Positions 1 through 7,609 are shown, counted from the stretch's first letter. The stretch is 45,245 bases of DNA from Armatimonadota bacterium (GCA_037440005.1 JBBIUY010000013.1:23409-68653), one strand, 5' to 3'. Translations and numbers: made by a program. Notes: generated from the letters alone by a model not told the origin.

Positions 1-604
1 TGAGGGCGGCGGGCTCCGGGCGCAGCGCCAGGAAGACCGCGGCAGCGCCCGCCAGGAACAGGGCGGCTGAGGCCGCGTAGGGGCCCGACAGCTCGTCCGC
101 CCCGGCTCGCGCCGCCAGCTGGCTCGCCGGGCCCGCCAGCAGCGGTCCCGCCACCGCACCCACCGTGCCGCCCAGGACCACGGTGGAGATGGCCCACCCC
201 CTCCGGTGGGCCGGGTGGACCTCGGCGGCGACAAACCGCGACAGCTGGACCGCCGACACCGCCGCGCCCAGCAGGACGCCGCCCAGCAGGAACAAGGCGA
301 ACGAGCGGGCCAGGATCGCCCATCCTCCCAGGCTGGATCCGGCGGCACCCAGCAGCATGCCCAGCAGCAGCACGCCCCGGCGGCCCAGGGGATCCATCAA
401 CCGTCCCCAGCCCACAGCGGCCAGAGCCGCGCCGAGCTGGTAGACCATGACCGGGACACCGGCCCGGGAGGGGTGCCCGCCCAGGCGTGCGCCCGCGATG
501 GCCACGATGGGAAAGACCGCCACCGTCGCTGCCGAGCTCAGGCTCTGGGCGGCGAACAGGGTCCGGACGATCCGGCGGGAGGCGGCGGCGATATCTGCTG
601 ACAT
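1..604 (-). CDS. MFS transporter (5' part; runs off window start)
   Basis: Not in ORF track (no stop in window). Manual translation from ATG at 604: MSADIAAASRRIVRTLFAAQSLSSAATVAVFPIVAIAG...WGRLMDPLGRRGVLLLG (MFS motif A)...AAEVHPAHRRGWAISTVVLGGTVGAVAGPLL; GGAG SD upstream. Confidence 0.85.
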   Translation of the reverse strand, partial: MSADIAAASRRIVRTLFAAQSLSSAATVAVFPIVAIAGARLGGHPSRAGVPVMVYQLGAALAAVGWGRLMDPLGRRGVLLLGMLLGAAGSSLGGWAILARSFALFLLGGVLLGAAVSAVQLSRFVAAEVHPAHRRGWAISTVVLGGTVGAVAGPLLAGPASQLAARAGADELSGPYAASAALFLAGAAAVFLALRPEPAAL

Positions 605-678
605 GGGGTCTCCGGCGGACAGATGGCGTGGGTTTCGACAGCCCCGCGTTGCCGACCTGCACGCCGCCAGCCCGCCGG

Positions 679-706
679 TTGACCGCGGCCAGCGGCCGGA
701 TATAAT
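679..706 (+). promoter_or_regulatory. sigma70-type promoter of tRNA-fMet
   Basis: TTGACC (679-684) - 16 nt - TATAAT (701-706), 11 nt before the tRNA. Confidence 0.8.
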
Positions 707-717
707 GGGAGGTGCGA

Positions 718-794
<77 letters not shown>

Positions 795-806
795 TGTGCG
801 TCCTGT

Positions 807-844
807 CCGGAGCTGCCGGCTGAGGCCGGCAGCTCCGGCATTTT
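807..844 (+). terminator. intrinsic terminator after tRNA
   Basis: 14-bp stem CCGGAGCTGCCGGC-TGAG-GCCGGCAGCTCCGG followed by CATTTT. Confidence 0.75.
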
Positions 845-881
845 ACCGGTCGGTGCCGCGCCGGTTTTGCCGCCTCCGCTC

Positions 882-914
882 CTTAACAAGAGCTTAACGA
901 CCGTCGGATATGCT
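882..914 (+). promoter_or_regulatory. promoter with CTTAA-N6-CTTAA direct repeats (candidate OmpR-family box)
   Basis: CTTAA at 882 and 893 (11-bp period); -10-like TATGCT at 909-914. Confidence 0.55.
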
Positions 915-958
915 GAACGGGAGAGAAGATCTTTTCAGACTTTCAGGCCGGGGGGACG

Positions 959-1738
959 ATGGGCTTCTTCCCGCGAGCGACGTCGGGGCGGGGGCGGGCC
1001 CCCATCGCCGGCGTCCTGGCGATCGTGCTGTTGATCACCGCCCTGCTGGTGACCACCCAGTTCCGGGCCGAACGGACTATCCGGCGGGCACTGGGTGTTC
1101 CCTCACCGCGGCTGGCAGAGCTGGGCTACCAGCTGCGCCGACTGGAAACCCGGCGCCGGGCCATGGAGCGGGAGGTGGCCACCCTGCGCGACCGGGTGGA
1201 CGTTATGCGGCGAAGCGCGGTCGAGGGCCAGAGCGCCCTGGGATCCCTCAGCCAAGAACTCGACCGGTTGCGCGTGTTGGCAGGATTCACGGCCCTGAAG
1301 GGGCCCGGTGTGGTCGTGGTGGTCGCGGACAGTCCCCGGCCCCTCCAGCCCGGAGAGGATCCCAACGACGTGCTGGTGCACTACTCCGACCTGCAGGCAG
1401 TTGTGAACGAGTTATGGGCGGCAGGCGCCGAGGCCGTGGCCATCAACGGCGAGCGGTTGATAGCGAGATCGGCGATCCAGTGCGTGGGGACCACCGTCCT
1501 GGTCAACCGGCGTCGCATGACGTCACCGTTCCGGATTGAGGCCATCGGGGATCCGAGGCGGATGCAGCGGTATCTGCTGCGGGAGGAGGGCGCCCTGGCT
1601 TCTCTCCATGCCTTTGCCTTTCCGATCTCTGTGACCACCAGCGACCGCATCGTGCTCCCGGCCTACCGCGGGCCCCTGCCCGTGGCGGCGTCTCGCCCTT
1701 CACCCCCGGGCTCGTCGTCGTGGCCGGCGGCTCGTTGA
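959..1738 (+). CDS. DUF881 family protein (YlxW/YlxX-like)
   Basis: N-terminal TM, coiled coil, then AGFTALKGPGVVVVVAD...VHYSDLQAVVNELWAAGAEAVAINGERL...SAIQCVG...PFRIEAIGDP. Confidence 0.9.
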   Translation: MGFFPRATSGRGRAPIAGVLAIVLLITALLVTTQFRAERTIRRALGVPSPRLAELGYQLRRLETRRRAMEREVATLRDRVDVMRRSAVEGQSALGSLSQELDRLRVLAGFTALKGPGVVVVVADSPRPLQPGEDPNDVLVHYSDLQAVVNELWAAGAEAVAINGERLIARSAIQCVGTTVLVNRRRMTSPFRIEAIGDPRRMQRYLLREEGALASLHAFAFPISVTTSDRIVLPAYRGPLPVAASRPSPPGSSSWPAAR

Positions 1739-1795
1739 CACGACATGCCTGGCCGCCGCCGCCCCCCACGGTGGTGGTAAACCTCCGTCCGGCGC

Positions 1796-1861
1796 CTTAA
1801 CCTTCTCTTAATGTTTTCTTAACCACCGCTTCACCCACCGGGGGGAGCGGGCGGGTACAGT
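1796..1861 (+). promoter_or_regulatory. promoter with four phased CTTAA repeats
   Basis: CTTAA 1796, 1807, 1818, CTTCA 1829; GCGGGCGGG then -10 TACAGT at 1856-1861. Confidence 0.7.
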
Positions 1862-1866
1862 GGGAG

Positions 1867-2352
1867 ATGCGGATGGAGGCACCCGTGAGCCGCTCCCCTA
1901 CGACCCGCCGCAGGGCACCGAAGACGCCGCGCAGGAGCACCCCGTGGACGGCCTACGCTTTCGGCCTGGGTGGGCTGGTGGTCCTGAGTCTGGCAGGGTT
2001 CGTCGCCCTCGCGCCGGTGCGCACCGCCCGGCCCCTGCCGCCAGCCGTGGCCGCGTCCCAGCAGGTCGTGGTGAGCATGGCGGGGTATTCCCCGGCCCGC
2101 CTGATGGCCAAGGCCGGTGAAGATCTGACCGTGACCTTCATCAATCCGGACAGTCGTTTCCACACCGACGGCGGCGGCTGGCACCAGTTTCGCATCGAGG
2201 CTCTGGGCGTGGACGTGAGGATTCCCCCCAGCTCCCGGCAGACCGTCACCCTGCGTGACCTGCGGGCCGGGACCTATGAGTTCTACTGCGACGTCTGCTG
2301 CGGCGGGAAGGAGAACCCGGCCATGCGGGGCATCCTCGAGGTGACGGGGTGA
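1867..2352 (+). CDS. membrane-anchored cupredoxin-domain protein
   Basis: N-terminal TM; MAGYSPARLMAKAGE..TFIN..WHQFRIE..GTYEFYCDVCCGGKENPAMRGILEV cupredoxin pattern. Confidence 0.85.
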   Translation: MRMEAPVSRSPTTRRRAPKTPRRSTPWTAYAFGLGGLVVLSLAGFVALAPVRTARPLPPAVAASQQVVVSMAGYSPARLMAKAGEDLTVTFINPDSRFHTDGGGWHQFRIEALGVDVRIPPSSRQTVTLRDLRAGTYEFYCDVCCGGKENPAMRGILEVTG

Positions 2353-3029
2353 CGGGGCTGACCTTCTCCGTGGTCGCCGTCGGCGGGCTGCTGGACGGCC
2401 TTAACCCCTGCGCCTTCACCGTCCTGCTCTCGTTCGTGGCGGTCCTGCTGGCCGGGATGGCTCTCGGCGGGGCACGGCCGCGCCTGTGGCGCATCGGCGG
2501 CGCTTACGTGGGCGGGATGTTCACCACCTACCTTCTCCTCGGCGTGGGGCTGGTTACGGCGATCTCGTTCCTGGCCCAGACGCACCTGCCGGTACGGATC
2601 CTCGGCCTGGCCGTGGTGGTGCTCGGGCTGTGGATGCTGAAGGACGCGGTGTTTCCCGACACGGGGTGGCCGCTGGGCATGCCGGCACGGTTCCACAGCC
2701 TTGTGCGGCGCGCGCGTGCCCACACCGCCCCCGCCGGACTGTTCATCGCCGGAGGCCTGGTCGGGCTGTGCACGGTGCCTTGCAGCGGCGCGATCTACCT
2801 GGGGGTGCTGGCCCTGCTGGCGCGGGAGCCGCTACCGGTTCGCCTGGGATACCTGATCCTCTACAACGTGATGTTCGTCCTGCCGCTGCTGGCGATGCTG
2901 GCCGTCATCGGCAACCGCCGGACGCTCAACGCGGTGGCCCACTGGTACCTGGGCCGAAAGACCCTGGCGAAGGGTGCCGTGGGCGCCTTCACCATCGCGC
3001 TGGGGTTCGTCGTGCTGGTGACGGTATAG
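2349..3029 (+). CDS. CcdA/DsbD-type transmembrane thiol-disulfide transporter (cytochrome c biogenesis protein family)
   Basis: About 6 TM; GLLDGLNPCAF and GLCTVPCSGAIYL Pro-Cys motifs; GTGA overlap with cupredoxin stop. Confidence 0.8.
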   Translation: MTGLTFSVVAVGGLLDGLNPCAFTVLLSFVAVLLAGMALGGARPRLWRIGGAYVGGMFTTYLLLGVGLVTAISFLAQTHLPVRILGLAVVVLGLWMLKDAVFPDTGWPLGMPARFHSLVRRARAHTAPAGLFIAGGLVGLCTVPCSGAIYLGVLALLAREPLPVRLGYLILYNVMFVLPLLAMLAVIGNRRTLNAVAHWYLGRKTLAKGAVGAFTIALGFVVLVTV

Positions 3030-3106
3030 GACAGTCCGGGGGTGAGCGCGACGATGGGTGCGCGCGCTGCCTCCCCTGGGCAACATCCTCGACGAGGAGG
3101 GAGAGT

Positions 3107-3307
3107 ATGGTCCGATACGTGGTGATCATCGCGGTGGCCGTGGTCCTGGCAGGGGTTGTGGTCCCATCGGCGCGGGCTGCGGGCGGTTCCTGTCCTGATC
3201 CGGGTCCCGGATTCGGGGAGCACATCGCGAGTATGGCTCCGGAGCATCCCCTCCGCGGCGGGGGGATGTTTGGACACTGTGTCAGCGCCATGGCGTCAGG
3301 CGGGTAA
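3107..3307 (+). CDS. small exported Cys/His/Met-containing protein (66 aa)
   Basis: GAGGAGG SD; MVRYVVIIAVAVVLAGVVVPSARA signal-like segment, then GGSCPDPGPGFGEHIASMAPEHPLRGGGMFGHCVSAMASGG. Confidence 0.7.
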   Translation: MVRYVVIIAVAVVLAGVVVPSARAAGGSCPDPGPGFGEHIASMAPEHPLRGGGMFGHCVSAMASGG

Positions 3308-3357
3308 GCGCGGGCATACCCACAGCGCCGTGGCCGTCGCCTCATAGGGAGGAGGTG

Positions 3358-3531
3358 ATGCCTGTGGCGACCGATCCGGTGTGCGGGATGCAGGTTGACG
3401 AGGGGAAGGCGGCCGGATCGTCTGTGTATCACGGCCAGACCTACTATTTCTGCTCGAGCGGTTGCAAGGCGGCCTTTGACAGGGAGCCGGAGAGATACGC
3501 CGGCCACGCCGGGCACGCCCACGACCACTGA
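3358..3531 (+). CDS. YHS-domain protein with His-rich tail (57 aa; GTG 3364 is an alternative start)
   Basis: Not in ORF track; MPVATDPVCGMQVDEGKAAGSSVYHGQTYYFCSSGCKAAFDREPERYAGHAGHAHDH; DPVCGM and YYFCSxxC motifs; AGGAGGT SD. Confidence 0.92.
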   Translation: MPVATDPVCGMQVDEGKAAGSSVYHGQTYYFCSSGCKAAFDREPERYAGHAGHAHDH

Positions 3532-3657
3532 CACCGCGGCCACCCGCGCGGGCGGATCTTCACGGCCCGTTCACGGGGTTTCACGCGCCTCCCGGGCCTG
3601 TCAGGACGCACCAGGACGTGCGCGGGAACGGGAAAGCATGCTCTGGACGGGTTTCCG

Positions 3658-4035
3658 GTGCCGCACGTGATGGGATTCACCGTGGGTGGGATCAGCGTGG
3701 ACCTGATGCCCGCCAAGGCGGGCCGGTATACGTTTCCGTCGTTAACCTCCATCCGGGCCGCGCTGGACGGGACGGTGACGTTCGCCGGGTGGCAGGAGGG
3801 CTACGGCCTGCTGGTGGTCCTTGACCACGGCAACGGGCTGACCACGTACTACGGCCATGCTTCCCGGCTCCTGGTCAAGGATGGCGAGCGGGTGCGGCAA
3901 GGACAGCTCGTGGCCCGTGTGGGAACGACCGGTAACGCCTCCGGACCGAACCTGCACTTCGAGGTCCGCCGGAACCGCGTGCCGCTGGACCCGCTCACGT
4001 TTCTCCAGGAGCGTCGGAAGCGGCCTGCACCTTAA
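3658..4035 (+). pseudogene. truncated/degenerate M23 (LytM) peptidase domain
   Basis: IRAALDGTV..GYGLLVVLDHGNGLTTYYGH..GTTGNASGPNLHFEVR; lacks N-terminal HxxxD, HxH is NLH, no signal peptide or clear SD. Confidence 0.6.
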
Positions 4036-4097
4036 AAGAACCTTAACAGTTCCCTAAGATCTCCCTCACCCATCGGCCTCGTGCGGGCGGGTAGGAT
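4031..4097 (+). promoter_or_regulatory. promoter with four phased C(T/C)TAA repeats
   Basis: CTTAA 4031, 4042, CCTAA 4053, CCTCA 4064; GCGGGCGGG then -10 TAGGAT at 4092-4097. Confidence 0.7.
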
Positions 4098-4127
4098 AGG
4101 CACGGCAGCGGACAGCGGAGCACGCTG

Positions 4128-5222
4128 ATGGACTTCGACGTGATCATCGCGGGGGCAAGCTTCGCCGGGCTGGCGGTGGCGAGCCGGGTGCGGCCCGGCC
4201 GGCGCGTACTGCTGCTGGATCGGCATCCGGTGGGCGAGGGCCAGACCTCGGCGTGCGCCGCGCCCCTCGTGACGCTGGACCGCATGGGTGCGCGCAGCGC
4301 CATCCTGCAGGTCCACGACGCGATTGTCATCCATACCTCCTCCGGGATCGCGGTCTGGCGATCCGGCGTCCCCTTCGCCACCTTCGACTACCGGGCGTTC
4401 TGCCGAACGGTTCTGGACAGGCTGGATGTCGAGGTGAGGACGGCCGCGGTCCGCGACCTTCGAGGCCGAACAGTGCTGACCGATGACGGGGCCTTCGGCG
4501 CGCGCCTGATCGTCGACGCCACGGGATGGCGCGCTGTGCTGGCAAGCCGGCTGCGGCGCGGGTATGTCCGACGGTGGCTGATGGGGAGAGGACTGGAAAC
4601 CGAACTGCCGGTGCCATTCCCGCCGGGATTGCACTTCTACTTCGATCGGAAGATTGTCCGCCACGGCTACGCGTGGGCCTTTCCGGCTGGCGCGCGGACG
4701 CGGTTCGGGGTCGCCAGCGTCGTCGCAGACCCCGCGCTCCGTGACAGGCTGAAGCGGTTTCTGGCGCGATTCGATCTGACGCCCGGCGCCTGTCATGGGG
4801 GAGTGTTGGCGTCCGGCCTCCGCGATCCCGTGGTGAACGGCATCTTCGTCGTCGGGGACGCCGCCGGGCAGTGCCTTCCACTGACGGGAGAGGGGATCCG
4901 CATGGCGGTGCGGTTCGGGCAGTTCCTCGGCATGCACCTGCAGATGATCCTCGACGGCACCCAGTCGATAGAGTGTGTGCACGACCGCTATCGCGCCTTC
5001 GTTCGGGCTCAACGCCGTGCATACGCCACCTTGCTGGGGTTGCAGGCGGGATTGCTACACCTCGCCCCGGGGCTGCTCGGACTCGCAGCGCGGGTCATGG
5101 CCCACCCGCGGCCGCTGCGGGCGTTTTTCACCTGGTACATGAACATCTGTGCGCTCCCCGGGTACGTGCAGAGGACGGCAGGCGGTCGGGACCGGCTTGC
5201 CGACGCGGGCGAGACTCCGTGA
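4128..5222 (+). CDS. FAD-dependent oxidoreductase, geranylgeranyl reductase-like
   Basis: DVIIAGASFAG Rossmann motif, IVDATG, GYAWAFP, VVGDAAGQCLPLTGEGIRMA. Confidence 0.85.
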   Translation: MDFDVIIAGASFAGLAVASRVRPGRRVLLLDRHPVGEGQTSACAAPLVTLDRMGARSAILQVHDAIVIHTSSGIAVWRSGVPFATFDYRAFCRTVLDRLDVEVRTAAVRDLRGRTVLTDDGAFGARLIVDATGWRAVLASRLRRGYVRRWLMGRGLETELPVPFPPGLHFYFDRKIVRHGYAWAFPAGARTRFGVASVVADPALRDRLKRFLARFDLTPGACHGGVLASGLRDPVVNGIFVVGDAAGQCLPLTGEGIRMAVRFGQFLGMHLQMILDGTQSIECVHDRYRAFVRAQRRAYATLLGLQAGLLHLAPGLLGLAARVMAHPRPLRAFFTWYMNICALPGYVQRTAGGRDRLADAGETP

Positions 5223-5240
5223 GGAGCGGGACGGAGGGCG

Positions 5241-5528
5241 ATGATGGCTGAGCTGTGGCGGGCTTACGGGTCGTGGGTCCTGTACGCACTGTTTTTCCTG
5301 GTCTTTCTCTGGCTCCACGGGATCGTGCACAGGCACGGCGGCCGCAGAGGGCATGCCGGGGCTGGTGGCGGTGACCAGCTCGGGGGACGCAACTCCCGGG
5401 CCGGCCCGGCCGCAACAGGACGTCCTGGCGCGGACGTGTCCGGCGTCGCCGAGGGCGCCGCCGTTGCGCCTCCCCATGAGGATCATGTCGAAGGACCGAG
5501 GGAGCGCCGGCACAGCGGGTGCTGCTAG
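5241..5528 (+). CDS. small membrane protein with His-rich segment and C-terminal HSGCC (DUF2933-like)
   Basis: GGAGG SD; one TM, then WLHGIVHRHGGRRGH...RHSGCC. Confidence 0.7.
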   Translation: MMAELWRAYGSWVLYALFFLVFLWLHGIVHRHGGRRGHAGAGGGDQLGGRNSRAGPAATGRPGADVSGVAEGAAVAPPHEDHVEGPRERRHSGCC

Positions 5529-5579
5529 CGCCGCCCGCGTGCGAGCCGCGGAGGCCCTCGGGCGGAGAACCCTGCGGCC

Positions 5580-5645
5580 CTTAAGGAAACCTTAACAGCG
5601 TGCTAAGACCCGCTTAACCATCCTCCGGGCTTCCGAGGCTACCAT
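5580..5645 (+). promoter_or_regulatory. promoter with four phased CTTAA repeats
   Basis: CTTAA 5580, 5591, GCTAA 5602, CTTAA 5613; -10 TACCAT at 5640-5645. Confidence 0.7.
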
Positions 5646-5676
5646 AGGGAGGGATGTCGAGACAGGAGGAAACCGT

Positions 5677-6246
5677 ATGCGGGTACGCTGGCAGTGGGTC
5701 GTGATGACGGCGCTGGTCGTTAGCCTGGGGAGGACGGGTGCGGGCACCGCCCTGGCCCACAAGGGCAAGCTGCCTGAGGATGCCCTGACCCTCGTCCGGC
5801 AAGCCTCAGCGCTCCTGGCGCAGAACCCCGGCATGACCGGGGAGGCGAGGGAGCGGCTGGAACTGGCTCTGCGGTCCACCAAGACCCAGGGAGTCAACCT
5901 GGACCAGGTGCGAGCGGCCCTCGCGGCACTGGACCGCGCGGACATCGCGGCGGCGCGCAGACTGCTGGTGGCGTCCATCAGGGCAGCGGGGATGCCCGGC
6001 CCCCCTGCAGGCGTCGCGCGTACCGTTCCCCCGCCCGTCCCCGAGCCGCAGGGCGGGCGCGCTCCTGCGGTCCCTGGCATCCTGACGCCGCCCCCACCGG
6101 TCGACGTCGCCATGAAGATGGCGGAGCCCCTCCGGGTCGGGTTCACCGGCTCACCGGCAGAGGGTGCCCTCCTGGCGGTGGCCTTCGGGCTCATCGGGCT
6201 GGGCCTCACCACCCTGTGGCGCAGCCGGGGCGAGGTGCGCCCGTGA
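5677..6246 (+). CDS. hypothetical exported protein, predicted mature N-terminal His, Pro-rich linker, C-terminal membrane anchor
   Basis: AGGAGG SD; signal peptide ending ALA|HKGK; helical domain; C-terminal ALLAVAFGLIGLGLTTLW TM. Confidence 0.75.
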   Translation: MRVRWQWVVMTALVVSLGRTGAGTALAHKGKLPEDALTLVRQASALLAQNPGMTGEARERLELALRSTKTQGVNLDQVRAALAALDRADIAAARRLLVASIRAAGMPGPPAGVARTVPPPVPEPQGGRAPAVPGILTPPPPVDVAMKMAEPLRVGFTGSPAEGALLAVAFGLIGLGLTTLWRSRGEVRP

Positions 6247-7328
6247 CCGCCAGGAACGATGGGGGGCGCACGCCGCGGCCAGAAGCGCGCGGGCACCAGG
6301 GGCTGTGGCAGGCTCTGGACGAACGCCTGGGCCTCTCGGGCCTCACGTATCCCGTGCCGCGCCATGCCAATACGCTGGCGTACTCGCTGGGGGGCATATC
6401 CGTTGTGGGGTTCCTCATCCTGGTCTTCTCGGGCATCCTGCTGGCCCAGTACTACCATCCCATGCCGCAGTTCGCCAACGACAGTGTGCGTGCGATGATG
6501 CAGGGGGTTCGCCTGGAGCGATTCGCGCGAGGCGTACACTACTGGGCTGCGCAGGTCGTGGTGGTGACCGTTCTGCTCCACATGCTGCGGGTGTTCTACA
6601 CCGGTTCGTTCAAGAGACCCCGGGAGGCCAACTGGATCGTCGGTGTGGGGCTGCTGGCAGCGACCATCGGCCTCTTCTTCACCGGCACGGTGCTGAAGTG
6701 GGACCAGGAGGGCTTCGAAGCCCTCGAGCACAACATTGCCATCGGCGAGCTGCTGGGCCGGCTCGGCTATTGGTTCACTCCCGGATTCACGGAGAGCGTG
6801 CCGATTCTGCTCCGGCTGTACATCGCCCACGTCAGCATCTTGCCGGTCATTTTGCTCCTGTTGCTGGTGGCTCACTTCTGGCTCATCCGGAGGCACGGCA
6901 TCTCCCCGGTGCCGGGACGATCCGATGGTGAGCTGTTACCGTTCACGGACCACCTCAGCCACCTGGGCCGGTACGCCCTCGTGCTCCTCGGGCTGGTCCT
7001 GGCGCTGGCCGTGGCGCTGCCGCCCGGGATCGGACCGGCCCCCGTGGAGGGGATTGAGGTGACGAAGCCGCCGTGGCCCTTCTTGCCCCTGTTTGCTGTC
7101 GAGAACTGGGTCGGGATCCCCGGCTTGTTCTGGGTCAGTGTCGCCTTCTTCGTGGTGCTCCTGCTGGTGCCGCTGGTGGATCGGTCAGGGGAGACGCGTC
7201 CCGGTCGGCGGCGGGGGGTCATTGCCGTCGCGATCGTGCTGCTGGTGGTGCTGGCGGGCCTGGGGGTGCTGGCCTGGCTTACCCCCGGGGCCCGGCACGT
7301 GGGGTCAGTGCTGGATGCGGTTCCGTGA
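6243..7328 (+). CDS. cytochrome b (bc/b6f-type, single chain), no Rieske or cyt c partner nearby
   Basis: YSLGG, RGVHYWAA..LLHMLRVFYTGSFKRPREANWIVG, FFTGTVLKWDQ, AHVSILP..AHFWLIRRHGIS; GTG 6243 overlaps the upstream TGA. Confidence 0.9.
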   Translation: MTARNDGGRTPRPEARGHQGLWQALDERLGLSGLTYPVPRHANTLAYSLGGISVVGFLILVFSGILLAQYYHPMPQFANDSVRAMMQGVRLERFARGVHYWAAQVVVVTVLLHMLRVFYTGSFKRPREANWIVGVGLLAATIGLFFTGTVLKWDQEGFEALEHNIAIGELLGRLGYWFTPGFTESVPILLRLYIAHVSILPVILLLLLVAHFWLIRRHGISPVPGRSDGELLPFTDHLSHLGRYALVLLGLVLALAVALPPGIGPAPVEGIEVTKPPWPFLPLFAVENWVGIPGLFWVSVAFFVVLLLVPLVDRSGETRPGRRRGVIAVAIVLLVVLAGLGVLAWLTPGARHVGSVLDAVP

Positions 7329-7489
7329 CGGCCCCGCCGTGGCCGGTGAACCGTCGAGGCCGGCAGGCCGGTGATTCTCCGCGCCGCCTCCGGCCCGCGG
7401 GTGGGACGCTGGCGGCCATGCGGGACCGTGGACCCGCGGAGGGCACCCACGCTGCCGAAGAGCGGAAGGAGGTCAGGACCCACGGAGCC

Positions 7490-7609
7490 ATGAGAGCCCG
7501 GAAAGATGACCTCTCGGGTCTGCCGTCCAGTGATCGCATGGTGTTCCTCTTGCTGGTTCTGGCGGCCGGCGCGTTTGCGTTGATGCTGGTCTGGCTCGTG
7601 GGACCCTGA
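7490..7609 (+). CDS. possible small single-TM protein (39 aa)
   Basis: GGAG SD; MRARKDDLSGLPSSDRMVFLLLVLAAGAFALMLVWLVGP; stop overlaps next ATG (TGATG). Confidence 0.4.
   Translation: MRARKDDLSGLPSSDRMVFLLLVLAAGAFALMLVWLVGP

Noticed and set aside
1796..1833. CTTAA arrays as CRISPR or VNTR repeats
   Set aside because: Only 5 of 11 bp are conserved, 2-4 units per array, located at promoters, no cas genes; they fit transcription-factor boxes
3315..3350. CATACCC...ATAGGG before YHS as a CsoR operator
   Set aside because: No proper TACC..GGTA inverted repeat
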